DNA of 64,000 nucleotides from Vicugna vicugna (Eukaryota), in the NCBI GenBank assembly GCA_013265495.1, contig MU058000.1, positions 806,001 through 870,000 on the forward strand, written 5' to 3'. This document shows positions 1-14,249 of the stretch, one piece after another. A program made the translations under genes and the position numbers. Each line of letters opens with the position of its first letter. Positions within the stretch are counted from its first letter, which is position 1. The notes beneath the pieces are model-generated. The model was given only the letters and a program-made list of their open reading frames with translations, ran no database searches and was not told the origin of the DNA.

Positions 1-2289
1 GAGGGCAGCAGCCCGCCCAGGCGGGCGCTCCACTGGTCCCTGGACTTGGCTGCTGCAGGCACCAGCCAAGGTGTCCACCGCTGGTGTGTCCCGACCATCT
101 GGGCTATTTCAGTCCATGGAGGGCAGCAGTGTGACCAGCACCGTCACCAGCCTCTTTGGACTTTATGGAAACCATATGTAAAGGAGTCCAGCTGTGACAA
201 GAGAATCTGGGCTTATCCCAGTTTACAGCCCAGCTACAGGAACACGGAACTTTCAATTTAGACGCTCCTGCCAATGGTCCCTATACCAGGATGACAAGGA
301 TTAGAGGAAATAGAGCTCCAGGCCACAGATCTCAAGCTTGGTGGGCGGCTCTATCATAAAGTTAGCTCAATACAGATCTGCGTAGAAAAACCACAGTGCT
401 TATCCCCCCAGGCAGATGAGAAAGAGGAAAGCTATTTCCCCATCCTTCCCTCTTCGGTAGAAATGAATCTTCCCTCCTGGGCTGAACTATCAACTCCTCT
501 TTACTCTCTCCACTGCAGTGTGTTCAGCATCCCTCCCTCCCAGACGCCCTCCGCAGCACTCCACCACGCCCCCCTACCCTAATACTCCCCCAGAGTTGCT
601 GCACAACTCTGGGTGGTGCCAGCCACAGACGATGCAAGGGAGAGAATGCTGCCCCAGGGGTGTAAAATCCAGCAGCCCCCAGACAGCGCACACCCTCCCA
701 ACCCCCCATCCACATTTTAGAAAAAGCAGGGAAATGTCGAATGTTTAGGAAACTCTGTGTGATTCCCACATGTTCTCCAACAAAATACCCAGCAGGTAAG
801 CACTACTTCCATGGAAGATTTTTACCAGGCCTTTCTACCCACTTTAGCAAAATTAAAACTAGACCTGAGATTTACCAAGGAATCACCTCTTACGAACCAA
901 ATAAATCCTAAGAACTACAAAATCTCACCTTAAATTTGTTTTCTACACAGAGAAGAACATTCTATCATTCCCAAGTTGTACTTTAAAAATAGAGTAACTA
1001 CTATAGCAAGTGTCTTTTGATGGCTTCCTCTGCAAGACACTGTGTTGAGGGCCTTCTATGTATTATCTCATCAATCTTCAGTTCCACAGACGAAGTGCTA
1101 TTGTTAGTGTCTATTTTCCAGATAAAGAAACTAAGGCTTCAGTCCTTCTTAAGGCCACACAAGTAATAAGTAGAACTTACTTTAAACACAGAATATATCA
1201 CAGATTCTCATAAGGATCAATTTTCATCGCTTTATAATATTCCACTGCATCACCAACATTTAAAGATACATGCTTGACTTATTTCTTTTTTTTAATTAGA
1301 AAGATTTTTAAAAATAGGAAATCATGGAACAGATGGCCAGTCTGCACAGGAACCAGATCACAGTTTCTAAGTGACAGATCTTTTTCTACTAATGAACCCA
1401 CCTGCCCAGTTCCCTACATGAGGATGCCCAATGCAGCACAGGCAAGGAAGGACAGGGGAGGCATGACTGAAGGTGTAGACTCCTGCCAGATACACACACT
1501 AGAGACTGCCTGGCCTGTGCTGTTCCTCTCTCTTCCACCTTCACTGGTCTCTGTTTCTCTAGAGAAATGCTAGTAGGTTTGAATGTATCTTAGGCTGAAT
1601 TGCTGAGAAAACAGAACCTAAGACCAAGCTTCTATGCCAGGGCTTTAGAGCAACCCCAGGGAAGCCAGAGTGAGGGAAGAAGAGAAATGAGGCAGCAAAA
1701 GCAAATATAAGATGAAGTGGGACTGGCTGGGGCTTCACAAGAATCATAGCTTCTTGCCTGGTCCTACGGGACATCCCCAGAGAGGCTGTTAGGAACTGCA
1801 GCAGCTTCAAAAGCTTCCAGCAGAGGAAGTGGTGCTAGGAGACGGAATGAATCTGCCAGCTCTTGCTGATTTCTTGTTCCCCTTGGTCAAAGTTCACTCT
1901 GTGGTGACCCAACTTCTCCACATGTTTGGGACGTATTGTCTGGCCCCTCCAGCAGCAGGCGGGGAAGCCAGATCCCATACCCTACAGGGTGGTGCTTCAT
2001 TTGAGTCCAGAAGTGGTGGGAGGGACTCCAGCATGGCCTTGGATGGCAGGATGGTAGAGGCCAGTAGAGATGGGCACCACCACATCCCAGAAACAGGTGG
2101 GGCTAAGAGGATCTGAGGTGGTACCTAAGCGGGAGCCAACATAGGAAGGTTAAACCTGGATAGAAATCAACGGTGGTACACAATCCCCCCCACACAGAAC
2201 ACAGAGATGATTTCATAGGTCTTTTTGAACTCTGGGCTATTTGTGCTCTGCAGGGTCTTAGAATTCTAACTGTCATAAGTTACCACCCA

Positions 2290-3850
2290 TCCATTTCTTC
2301 ATTTCTTCACTCATTCATAGCATTCAATCAGCATCTCCTATTGTCAGGGACATTTTAGTGAAATTCTAGGGAGACGGAGAGGGCTAAGACCCAGACCCTT
2401 CCTGGAAGAGGGAGACAGGCAAACAAAAGACAATCACAATGCAGTGTGACCCGGGCTACCCCAGGAAAACCCAGCAGCGCCAAGCACACCGAGGAGAGGC
2501 CCCTAGCCCAATCCTGGGGTGAAGAAAAACTGTGGGGAGATGACACCTGGGCAGGGGCTCGAAAGACAAACAGAAATCAGCTGGAGGTAGAGGAAAAGAA
2601 CATTTCAAGCTGTCAGTACAGCATCGATAAGAATAAAGCAGGACAATGCAATATGGTCAATTAGAGGGTGCCACCTTACGTAGTGAGGTTAAAATGGTTG
2701 TGTTAACATGCAAAACCACTGTCTGTTACCAAGAAGTCTGTTCAGCAGACATCCCTGACTCTTACATTCACCCCCAGACCTCCCTCCTACCCAACCCCAT
2801 CCCTGAACATCACTCATCCCTTACCCCAACTCCTAAAGTATATTTTGAAGATGGGGTCAGATCTGGAGGTAAGGTAAGGCACCGTGTGAGGGGAAGATGG
2901 GGCTAAGGAATGAGGTTTGAGTTCAGGGATGGCCTGAAATTCAGGGTCAGTGTTAGCAATGGGGCAAGAAGCAGGGATGGGGTGATGATGTCTGTTTTGT
3001 ACATGACTTAAACCCTTGAAGTGTAACAGTCTTTTTATAAGTCCCCCACTCAAAATAGCTGTTAATAAAACGTAATCATGTAAAGCCTAGGAGATGAATA
3101 AAAGCACATTGTGTTTTCTGAACTATAGATGATTCAGTCTGACTAAAGCAATGAGCCAGAAGGAGAGCAGAAAGCCAGGAGGTTGAAAAGATGGGGAGTC
3201 AGGTCAGACAGGGCCTTGTAGGCCATGCCAAGAAGGTTGGGTTTAGTCATAAAGGTAATGGAGAGCAATTAAAAATGTTTAAATGAGGAAATAGCATGAT
3301 TCAGTTGTATTTTAGAAAGATCCATTCTGGAAGCAACGAGGAAGGTGGACTGGAGGGTGGGAAGACCAGCTAGTAACTACAGTGATCAGGCATCGCAAGA
3401 TGAGGGATAAAGCGGGGGAATGTTTTTAATGAGCCATTTAAGACTACACTCATCGAGACATGGCGATAAAGTCTATTTGGGGCTTATTTAGGTTGAGGGG
3501 TTGTGACGTGGTGGGTGGATGGAAAGGGTCCTGGAAAACTGGATAGATTTTTGCGTCATTCACCAAGACAAGGATTTCAGAGGGAAGAATGGTTGGGAGG
3601 GTGGCAGGGACTGATGAGTTCAATTTTGGACCCCGTGAGTTTGACAGGCGTGCAGGACGACCCCACTGAGCTGTCTACGGGTTCTGTTAAACAGACCCGT
3701 CGAGAGCTCAGAAGGGGAGAGATGAGTGTTGGTAACACAGATTGACAGGTCGGCCGTGGGCTTGGATTAGGTCACCCAGAGAGAATGTATAATATGAGAG
3801 AAACAAGAACCGAGGGTGGGAAGGTCAACATTTATGTGCTGGGCACGGGG
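2290..3850. mobile_element. Fragmented L2 LINE remnants
   Basis: cattcatagcattcaatcagcat, gggccttgtaggccatg, ttttagaaagatccattctgg, atgagttcaattttgga. Confidence 0.6.
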
Positions 3851-5501
3851 AGAAACAGCCACGTGGGAATTCACTCCAGATGCCTTTTCTTGTCACATGG
3901 TGGAGGCCCGGACCAAATTCAACCTTCCGTTGCCGGGAAAATCAACCTGGTTCAGTTAAATCAAGGGGAAGACCAGGTAAAAGAGATACTAGTGTTGGCT
4001 ACAACTAGTGAACTCTCCAGGTAACACAGAGATAAGGGAGCTCTGTGGGTTCAAGTTTTAAGACAGAGAGGGAGAAAAACAGGAAGCATTAGAGAGAACC
4101 GCAGGGGCACGTTGCCAGATTCCCAGCTTCCCAGCCCTGGCGGAAGTGAAACCTCCCTCACCCTTCTGCAGCTCGGGCTTCTGTGGGTGCAGCTAAGACG
4201 TTTCACATGCTTACGCTGGTACTTCCACTACAGGTGCACTTCATCCACCAGGACGAGTTCTCTAGGCCAAGATGCACTCAAACATGAAGACCTCCCCCCT
4301 AGAACTGGTTATTTGTCTTCTTAAAAAAAAAAAAGTATAATTCTCTGGATCTCTTTGGGATCTAATTTAAGCCAGAGCCCCTCCTCTCCAGGTAAATACA
4401 CATACATGCAACATTAGTTTTAATTGCAGGCACTTCCCAGATCTCTTTTCTAAAGGCCCTCCATGAATCCCCTAGGGATTCTCCGCACTTGCTGTTAAAA
4501 GCTCCACCCTAGGACAATTTATCTAGCTCAAGTTGCTTTCAGACCTTTTAAAACAAAGCAAAACCATCCCAGAGGAGCAGAGTAGAAGGCAGCCAGGCAC
4601 TGTGGCTTCTACTGACCCTGAACTGATAATTCCTTATTTCCATTTTCAGTAGTGCAGAGGATATCTCCTTCCCTTTTCTCAGGATCCCTCCCCTCCCGCT
4701 GCCCCCCAGCAAAACAGACACATAGGCATCAAACCAAAACAACCCAGCCAAACACTCAAACTCAGGCTGAGGCAGTGGGCCTCACGGGCTGCAGCTGCAG
4801 CAGGGCCCGGGGCGTTATCCTTGTGAAGCTGGCCCCTCGCAAACAAGAAACATCCCCGTTCACGTCTGCTGGATGCCAGCAGGGGCACGTGGGTGTCTCC
4901 AACTGCCAGGGACAGCAGCGAGGAACGGGGCCCCCTGGGTGGCCCTGGCACAGTGTGAAAGTTGAATAAGTGTCTGTTCACTGAGGGCTGGCCCTACTTC
5001 CGTAGAGCGGGGTCTTGGGTTCTGATGGGTGACATGCACTGTTGACACCTGGCGCTTTTTTATGGACTGTAAATGTAGAGAGCAGATACATTAGGAAGTG
5101 TCGCGGCTCGCAGACAAAATAATCCTCATGTTATAAAATCTGAGAAACTTAGCACCTTGAAATGGTGACAGCTCATCCATCTCCACACCTAGTGTATTTC
5201 CTTCCTTTAAATTAATTTTTCTAATTTTTATTTCTCTCTCAAAGCTTGCTTGCTTGCTTGCTTTCAAAAAGGAATACTCACACTGAAGAAAATTTGGAAA
5301 ATATGGAAAACCAGTATAACGACTGGTATGCTTCTGAAATGATCCGAATTCTAAAACTTCCCTTTGCATGCACCTTTTAGGCTTCCCAGGGACGCTGCTA
5401 TTGTTTAAGGGTAGAGTTCCAATGTGGGGGCCGGGGCCAGAGGCTGTCACTAGAGACAAATGGGACAGAATCCTTTGACCTTGTGACTGCCTGGCTCTCA
5501 C

Positions 5502-5591
5502 CTTGTGGCTAAGAATTATTTATTCTATTGTTTTTTTCCAAGTTGAAAGAAATTTCCCACAGTTTATGCCTATTCTTCTTACTTCCTCAAC
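5502..5591 (-). other. STON2: Candidate 90-nt non-coding second exon of the leftward gene (STON2 5'UTR)
   Basis: Acceptor tgattaaatgtttctttctgttctttcag| and donor AAG|gtgaga; no ATG; unique sequence. Confidence 0.55.
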
Positions 5592-7269
5592 CTGAAAGAA
5601 CAGAAAGAAACATTTAATCACTGGAAACTCTTTCCTATTAATTCTTCTGCTTCGGTATTTCTAATGTTTTCATTCAGTCCTCGCACCACCCACCTCCATC
5701 TGGAGAAGGTTTCTCAAAAATTCTAGTAGGGATTTAGAAACCAACCACACTGTCACATAGATTTGGTCCCGTCACCACTAATAGTAGTATTTCTTTTGGT
5801 AGACGTTTCACTGACAGTAACTCTTGCAAAACAGAAAAGCCACAAATTCGAAGCATATAAACCACATATGCAAACACAGCAGGCATTCTAATTAGAGAGT
5901 TGAGAGACAAGACTTCAGAATTTCATTCTCCATATCTCTTGGTCCTAACTGAGCTTGGAGAGTGAGACTATAAAAAAAAAATTCAAAATCATGTTATTTG
6001 CTGAGTGAAATCAAGTGTCTTAGATGCATTTTCCAAAAAGTATAAAACTTGCATTTAAAAACAAGTAGGGAGGGAAAAAATAAAAATAAATAAATAAGAA
6101 ACAAAGACAGTAGGGAGGATCAGTTTATTTATTGGAAAAGAGTGAGAACTTCCTTTCCCGGCACATAGCGGGAAAGAGCACACGTGAGGTGAGCGTATGT
6201 AATACTGAAACGCTGACATCAGCAGGGATATCCATTTTTCCTGTTTCAGTTTTCAGGCCTCTGAATGCTTGTGCATATGTGATTCATGAACAAGTTGCCA
6301 CATCCACGGGCCTGACTTGAACTTGGGTGCAGTGTTTCAGTTACAGAGGAAGCTTAAGTGGCTGATACATGTGTGTAGAAATTATTGCAGTACCTCCTTG
6401 ACCTCTCTTTTATTTTGAATAAAAAGAAGGAAAACAGTAGCAGTGTGGGTTAAATTAAAATGTGGTTTTCCATTCAGGGAAAATTCAAAGGGCTTTAAAA
6501 ATGTGTGAGCTGTCACCGCTCCTCACTTCTCACACATCGGCATGAGCTGGGAGAACGTTACAGTGGTGAAGCGATTAACTGCTTCATTGCATTAATACAG
6601 CCGCACTTACCGAGCCCTCAAGTCTCTGCGAGGGGCGATTTTACTATCAGTTCCCATCTCAGGACGAGGAAACGGAGACTCAGAGAGTTAGCAGCCTGCC
6701 AAAGGGCACAAAGCTGCAGAGATCACGCAGTATCTGACCCTAGTCTATGACTCTGAAGTCCAAGCGCTACAGAATTCAAATGATAACCCATTCAGAGAAA
6801 ACACCAGCATCAAATAGGTCCATACTTCACTTTACACTGGCAAAGCGAAGAAAAGAACAAACCAGAAAACAGGCACCGGCTTGATCTTTCCACTGGGGCA
6901 GGAATGCCCCCTGGTCCAGCCCTGGGACCCCTTCTCTTCTTTATCTGCTTCCACTCCTTCCCGGGCTTTGGGTCCCGTCTCTAGCGAGGGCCCCACACAG
7001 AGGCTTCCAGCCCTGACTTTGCTGATACCCACTGAGCACCTTCAATGTCCAACAGGCCTCTCAAACTTCGCATACCCCAAATCCAACAAGTACTCTTGGT
7101 TCCCCCAGACTATTCCACCAGAAGCCTCCCCCACCCAAGATGGTAGCAGTTCTGTCTTCCCAGTAGCCCCAGGCATCCCCCCAAAACAAGTCGTCCTGGA
7201 CTTCCCTCTTCCTCTTACATGGTTTCTCTTGTGTTCATTTCACAAAAAGGCAGTTAACAAAAAATCAGA

Positions 7270-7407
7270 TTTCTTTTTTTACATTTTTTGGGGGATGAAA
7301 GCAATTAGTTCTTTTAAATTAATTTTTGAAATGGAGGTACTGGAGATTGAACCTGGGACCTTGTGCATGCTAAGCATGCACTCTACCACTGAGCTATACC
7401 CTCCCCT
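7270..7407 (-). mobile_element. tRNA-Ala(AGC)-derived camelid SINE (vic-1 type)
   Basis: Minus strand GGGTATAGCTCAGTGGTAGAGTGCATGCTTAGCATGCACAAGGTCCCAGGTTCAATCTCCAGTACCTCC with A/B boxes and an A-rich tail. Confidence 0.88.
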
Positions 7408-8429
7408 CAACAAACGTATTTCTCATATGATTCTTTAAGATGGGAAACTCCACTAGCACAATTGATAATTATCTCGTTTGCATGCAACTCATCATAAGTA
7501 CCTTTACTAAAGCAGTTGGGTGAGCTTTATCCACCATGTCTACCTACAAACAATGAGGTTCACCTACCACTTTATTTCTATATGCTATTTCATAAACGCA
7601 TATGTAACACTTCCTATTTCCAAGACGTTGATCTCAAAGTGCTTTACAACTCATTTAACTAAATAACTCACGCATCCTGAGAACTCAATAAAGTACGTAC
7701 AGTTATTATCCCACTTATTTAGACAAGGAAAATGAGGCACAGGGAGGTTAAGTAATGCCCAAAATTACACAATTCAAACCTGGACAGTCTGGCTGCAGAG
7801 TCTGCATAAATGACCTGCCCTCATCTGGCTCTTTTACGGCTGGGACTCACATCCGCCAAGTGCCCCGCCAGGACTGGCTGCACAGGAGGGAGGCAGCCAG
7901 ACGACAGGGGATCAAGCCCCTGGCCCCACGAGCACAGTGCTGTGACTGGCCAAGTCACCTGGCCGAGTCTTATATGTGACAGCAAATGACTCTGACTCCT
8001 TCGAGTGGCCTCCTGAAGGCCTGCTCAGGGCTCAGGAACTGAACACCAACCCACAGCCGAGCACGTGAGCTCACGGACCCCGAGCGCCAGGGACCAAGCA
8101 GCTGAAGGAACTGCTGCAGACACACCCGCCGCCTGAGCCAATTAGGCTGATGTGAGTGACAGAACTGTGCGGAATTTATGCAAACAGATCCCCATTCCCC
8201 AGCTCACCCCCTTGCTGGATGATACTTTATAACAAAAATATTAAGGAGGGAGAGATAGGGAAAAGAAGAGAAGGAAGTATGCTTCAACAGCCCTGCTGAT
8301 AGTGGGAACTGCCTGCCAGAGCAAAAACAAGGGCTGTCTTCCTCCCACTGGGATCTCTGTGGGTGTGGCCAGTGTGGACAGACAGCCCCAGTTAACTCTT
8401 CAGAGCACTCTTCCATCTGTTGCCAGGTA

Positions 8430-8680
8430 CAGTAGTGACTAAGGGCACAGTTTCTAGAGCCAAGAGATTAGAAGAGGGTTCAAAGCCCAGGTTTACTGCA
8501 ACCTTTGACAAATTACTCAACTCCAGCCTCTGCTCGCCTGTAAAATGAGGCCCCACTCCTCCCGAACGCACAGAGCTGAGATGGAAATTAAGTGAGATAA
8601 TATGGAGTAAACTGCCAGCAAAGGACCTGGAATTAGTAAAATTCAATGAATGATAGCTATTGATAGTGATTTTGATAATT
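8430..8680 (+). mobile_element. MIR SINE
   Basis: gggttcaaagcccagg..ctttgacaaattactcaac..ctgtaaaatgagg..attaagtgagataata. Confidence 0.65.
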
Positions 8681-10928
8681 TCTATAAAAAAATGTTTTAC
8701 ATACCTTTCAGTCTGAGGTGGAGGGAGATGTAGGGACAAGAAGTAATGTCAAAAAAAATTAATACTTTATGTTTGGCAAAGATACAAGTAAAACTGGGTT
8801 CACACAACAGACAACATTTAAACAACGTGTAAGTGAATAGGCTATGGAACACCCTAGCCTCATCCACATAACCACGGTATTATAATTTCTCTCTTTTAAA
8901 AACTTAAGTCAGGAAAGACAGACAAACATATTCAGTTTCTAAAGCAGAGGAATAAAATCTGTTTTCATTTAAAGCATCTCACTTTTTTTTTTTTTAAAGC
9001 AATTAGCTAACTTCGAAAGGCAGCCAATGGAGTGATTCCATCGTGCTGGTAAGGGTCTGGTGTCTCACTTCAAAGTACGGGCAGATTGAAAGCCACTGAT
9101 AGTCCTGCTCTACTAGTTGGCATTTGGCATGAAAAATGCTGAGGCTGCCATTTCATTCAGATGGTGTGTTTGCACAGACCCACAGCACTGAAATGGTACT
9201 TTCTTTCAATGAGAGCCAGGGTTAAGCCTGAAAGGGAAGGGTGTAATTATCTCATGCCCAAATTAAAATTAATGAGGACATTTGGGGTTTCAGTTGAGGG
9301 CCTCCATGGGATACAATAATAGATGGAGAAAATTCTAACTAGATGTCAAGGGCCCAAGTTCTGAGGGCCACTAGCCCTATGGAGATCGGCGGAGTAACCA
9401 AAGCTGGGCACCACCAATGTCAGAGAGGTGGCATCAGGACACGCAGAAGTGCCAGGGGGCTCCTGCATGACTTTAAACAAACCATTTGACCTTCCCAAGT
9501 CATTCTGCAAGTGGAGAGAGACCAACTGTCTGCCAGCCTGACAGAGTTTATGATCGTATTAGATTGTATTTATAAAGAGGTTTGTCATCCTTCACTCCAA
9601 AGTGCTTTCCTATTAATAAAATGAAATGTTAGGAAGGTCAAATTAGAGGCCAGTGTTACTCATCTTTTAATGAATCACTGAGTGGCTTCGTTTGTCGGGA
9701 GGTGATGCAAGCAACGCAAACCATCAGAGTGTTCAGATTAGATGGTCGGGTGGCGGTCAGGAAAGGCAGACTGCAGAGAAACTCGGGCTTCCCTGCTCCT
9801 CTCTTACTTGACCCCTTGACTCCAGATACAAAAGCCAAGTCACAGACCTAAACAAGCCTGTGCTGACCATCAAAGCCACAGTTCACTCAGGTCCATCCAC
9901 TCCCTAAAACCCGAGGCTCCCACCTAAACCCTACTTCCACCTCCGATCTAATGCGACTGCTCCTCCCTGAGCCTTCCCAGCCCAGGACAACCTCAGAAAG
10001 ATTCCACCTCTGCGTTCCCAGCACACGGTGTTCCTTTGATTATATGCCTACTCTCTGCCTCACTATTATGGAACTATTATCAATTTTGCATGAATATTAT
10101 GCCCTTTCTCTCTCAGATTAGAGGCCGTGTCAGAGGACACAGTATTACACTTTTCTGAATTCCTCGTAACATCTTCCTTAGAGCCTTGCACCCACAAGAT
10201 GCTCAATGCCATTCACGTGAAGTCACCTTCCAAAGATTTTACTGGGCCATCAGCAACCTGAAAAGTAGCCTCACACTCCTCACTGTGACTAAATATCATA
10301 AGGAACACTGACCGTCTCCTGCCTGGTAGTGAGGCCACCGCAGAGCACGCAAGCCTGGGTTAGTAGGAGGCTAGCTGGACTGACAGAGGTGTATACGTGA
10401 GCAGAAAATTCAAGGGACTTTGAGTTTTCAATCCTGCCCTTCTATTATCTGTCTGTAGAATTTGGTCTGTTTCTTTGACAGTTATATTTCAGAAAGACAG
10501 CAATAGCACTCAAAAGCTACCACCTGAAATTGCTAGACATGGAGAAACATCTCTGTGATATATACCATAGCATTTATTCAGTATAAACATACAGAGAGCA
10601 TACTATTTATCTAGCTATTTAATACATACATTTCTTAAATATCAGATTTCTGGATTAATGCTATCCAACAGCAAACGGTAACACTTCTAAAGAATATGTT
10701 CAGTGTTTTAAATCCCTCCTGGCTAGTTTAAGTGTCCCTTTCCTCACTGGCTCTCCGTCATGTCTAGGGTTTTGTTTGCTACATCTTTTGAAACTTTAGA
10801 CCAAGTTTCCTGGAGACCGGAGGTTAAGGGAACTGTGGGAGTTTGCTGTAGAGTTGACCAAGGGACAGAGCACTAAGGCCAACCCTTCAGGAGGAGGGGA
10901 AAGAGCTGGCTTTCCAAAATTACCTGGA

Positions 10929-10976
10929 CAGAGAAACAGACAAGAGTTAACCAGAGAAACAGACAAGAGTTAACCA
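10929..10976. repeat. Perfect 23-bp tandem duplication
   Basis: cagagaaacagacaagagttaac x2 followed by ca. Confidence 0.92.
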
Positions 10977-13900
10977 ACGGAGTTGGCCTCAGGCCTCCTG
11001 GACAGAGGTTATGGTTCCAAGCTTTCACATCTCCCTCTGCAGGTACCCAGAATCCCCGGGGATTCTCCTGTCTTCAAGAGCACATCTTTAAGGTGTCGTT
11101 TGTTTGTCAAATCTCTATTAGGAAAAAGATCTTGTCAAATCTCACTCATTTCATTTCATAGCTTAGGTCCACCATAACATTTCTTACTTAATACAAATTT
11201 AATATGCATAGAATTTCCAGTTTATTCAACACCCCAGTGGACCATTTTACACTCATGCCATGCCACCCTGAAACAAATACTGTAATATGCTAGCCAGCAC
11301 TTAAAATGTTGACCCTGGAAGTATTTCATGCATTCGCATGGTGCCTGTTGGGCAGGCATATCACTCATTATCTAGATCCTGGTAGAGTTCAAACTTCTGC
11401 TGCATCCAGGATGGGGAAAAATGCAGTAAAAAGAAAACAGACCCTCACTATGTTTTATTTTATGTGTCATGTTGTACATGCCAACATATTTTCTCCTTAA
11501 CGTCCATTCTTGGAATGCTCTCTCATGATAGGAGCAGTGAGTCACAGCTAAGGGAGTTGTCACAACTTGCTCCAACCATTAGTAAGAAGCCAAGCCATGG
11601 ATGACCTTGGGTTCTCAGGGGGTTATTTATCTTGGTTGGGGGTTGATCGCAATTTGCATGATCATATGGTTCAGATGTTTATTTATGAAGGTGACCTCAA
11701 GAGAAGTGAGCAATGTCTTGGTCTGACTATTTTAAAATTCAGCCAGATGTCCACCCAGTGAGCAAACCCAGCTTCAGAAGAAATTAAAACTAGGATGACA
11801 AGAAGTGTGATGGATCAGGATTGGAAATACATTGACAAACTGAGTACAAAGTCTAGAACCAGGCAAGGGAGCGTGTGCTCATTGATGGGACAGGGAGCCC
11901 TCATCATCTCTTGCCTGTAGTCTCACCTACTTCAGTCTCCCTGCACTGCTCCTAGAGATGTGTGCCCAGCCTGAAAATGTGATCCTATCAAACCCCAACT
12001 TAAAACCCTTGAGTGGCTGCTCCTTGCTCAGAGGATAAAGTCCCAAACCCCTGGCACACAACCCAGGGCCCTGCCTCACCTGCCTCTGGGACCCTGCCCT
12101 GGCCTTCTTTCCTCTGGCACTTCCCCTCCTAATTGAATATACCTGTCTGCAGGAGGCTTGTCCTTCACCGTACCACTGACATCAGCTTTGGCCAGGTGAC
12201 TTACTTTGCCAACAGCATGAGAGCTAAGCAATATCTGCTACTTCTAAGCAGACGTTCAGGGCCATAATAGTTTTGTTCTGTCATGTTCTCTTTTTTTTCC
12301 CTTTCCCATAAACAAGATTAGTATTGTCCCAGAGAGAGGCTATTTCTTAAGTCTTGATGGATCCCAAAATCAAGACAGATGAGGAGAAGAACCTGACCTA
12401 CACTGGACATGCACCAGACATGAGAAATAAACCTTGGTGGTTGTATGCCACTGAGAGTTACTTGGCCTAAGATGATTATTACACTGCTTTTAATCTCCCA
12501 TATCGTCTCTGTTTGGACTTCTCCCCTCTGCTCTGCTCTTCCTTCCAATCCCACCTGAACGCCATCAGCACAAGAGAACTGCTCATCGGTCTACACTCAG
12601 CTCAGATGTATCCCCTCAATCAAGTCTTTTTTTCTTTCCCAGGTATAAGTGATCACTCTCACCTTGTGGACCTCCTCTGTATGCTACGGGTCTACAACTA
12701 CATCCCTGGAATGGTGCTGGGGGCTTTCTATTCATTAGCATCATCCTTAGAACAAATCCTCTAAAACAAAAATTTTTTTGGAATCTTCATTTTACAACGT
12801 GAGACACTTTGACTCAGAAAAGCAAAGCAACTTGTCCAAGTCTCCTGGCCACAGAGACCGAGTTCTCACCAGGTGTGGGTCTGGCTGTGAACTCAGCAAT
12901 CTCTCTCCTGCCCCACATGCCTCTCTTCCTCCTCCAGCACAGAGCTTCAGATCCTCCCACTCCGGTGCAGAGAGTAAGTCTCCTTACCAGCAACTGAAAG
13001 GGCTGGTGAATTAATTTGACACTTGAAAGATTTGCATCTGGAAGTGGGCTTCTTACCCTCTGAGAAGATAATCACTTTCTCTAAGTGGATGTATTTCTTC
13101 TAAGGCTCCTGGCAAGTGTACTGGAGACCCTTGGAGAATTAGGGCATTTCGTTTGTGCCCCCAGGCTCTGGGGGTAACGTGCAGAAAAACACAGGCAGAG
13201 TCCCACTAACATCCCCCTAGAGAATCTTTGGGAAGGTCCTATTTGGTTTGTCAGAGGGTAAGAAGCAAGTAGCAGAGGGCTGAGAACTCCAAGCAAGTCT
13301 GGTACATATTTGATATTTTAGGTTTTAAAAAGATAAATTCATGGGGTGAAACATTGATTTCACCCTTCAAATTAAACAAGGAAAGTGACACAGTGGCAAA
13401 GAATTGAACCAGACCACCCAGGTCAGAAACAGGGAAAAAAATCACGTAAAGTGGAAACTGCAATTTGGGGTTTCTATGAGCTGCTGGCATGTTGTTGTGT
13501 GGTTGGGCTTTTGTTTGTTTTCTTCTCTTCTCTCTCTCTCCCTTTTTTTAAAACTTCATTTATTTGTTTAAGGGAGGAGTAGGAAGTATAAGAACCTTCA
13601 AATTTCCTCCCTAAATCAGCCATACTAACGACAGATTCAACAAAGTACCATGATATTCTTTCCACATAGCATTCATACCAATTTTTTCAAGGGTTACAAA
13701 GGTTTTCTCAGTTACTAGTTGGAACCCATTTCTCTCTCTCACCATTCCAATGAAGCAGGTTTTTTTTTTTAATACCTCAAAGGATATATTACCTTTAAAT
13801 GATAGTATCAGTAACATTAATAACAGTATTTTCCCCCTTTAAGTGGAAAAAGCTGTTCAGACATCCAAATAGTTACTAGGCCAGTTTGGACACGTCTGAT

Positions 13901-14196
13901 TTACTCTTTATAAGACCATCCACCCTGCATATTAAATAGTAAGAACCAGCATGTATTGAGTACTTAGCGCTGTCCTCTGTGTTTTTCAGCATTGGCTCAT
14001 TTAATCCTCAAAACAAAGCTATCAGGCAGGTAAAAGCATTGTCGTCACTACAGATTAGAAGAGTGAGGCAGAGAGAGCATGAAGGACCTGCCTAAGGGAA
14101 AGCAAGAGACAGGCACAGGACACTTACTAGCCGCAGAAGACCACAATTAATGATTCACTTACAGCCCTCGGGCAGCTCCTTTTAGTAGCGGCTGCA

Positions 14197-14241
14197 ACAC
14201 ACACAGACACACACACACACATACAGACACACACACACACA
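14197..14241 (+). repeat. Interrupted (CA)n microsatellite at the CpG-island edge
   Basis: acacacacagacacacacacacacatacagacacacacacacac. Confidence 0.9.
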
Positions 14242-14249
14242 TTCATCAA

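Noticed and set aside
3504..3511. UPRE-like TGACGTGG (also at ~29661), tempting near an ERAD gene
   Set aside because: Isolated 8-mers in repeat-like DNA far from the SEL1L promoter, which is outside the window; about the number expected by chance
7333..7405. Apparent tRNA-Ala gene
   Set aside because: Followed by the SINE tail, lacks a Pol III T-run terminator and has two diverged sister copies in the window
6881..7438. 185-aa ORF
   Set aside because: Non-ATG start; runs through L2-like sequence and an antisense SINE (EVLEIEPGTLCMLSMHSTTELYP is SINE-derived)
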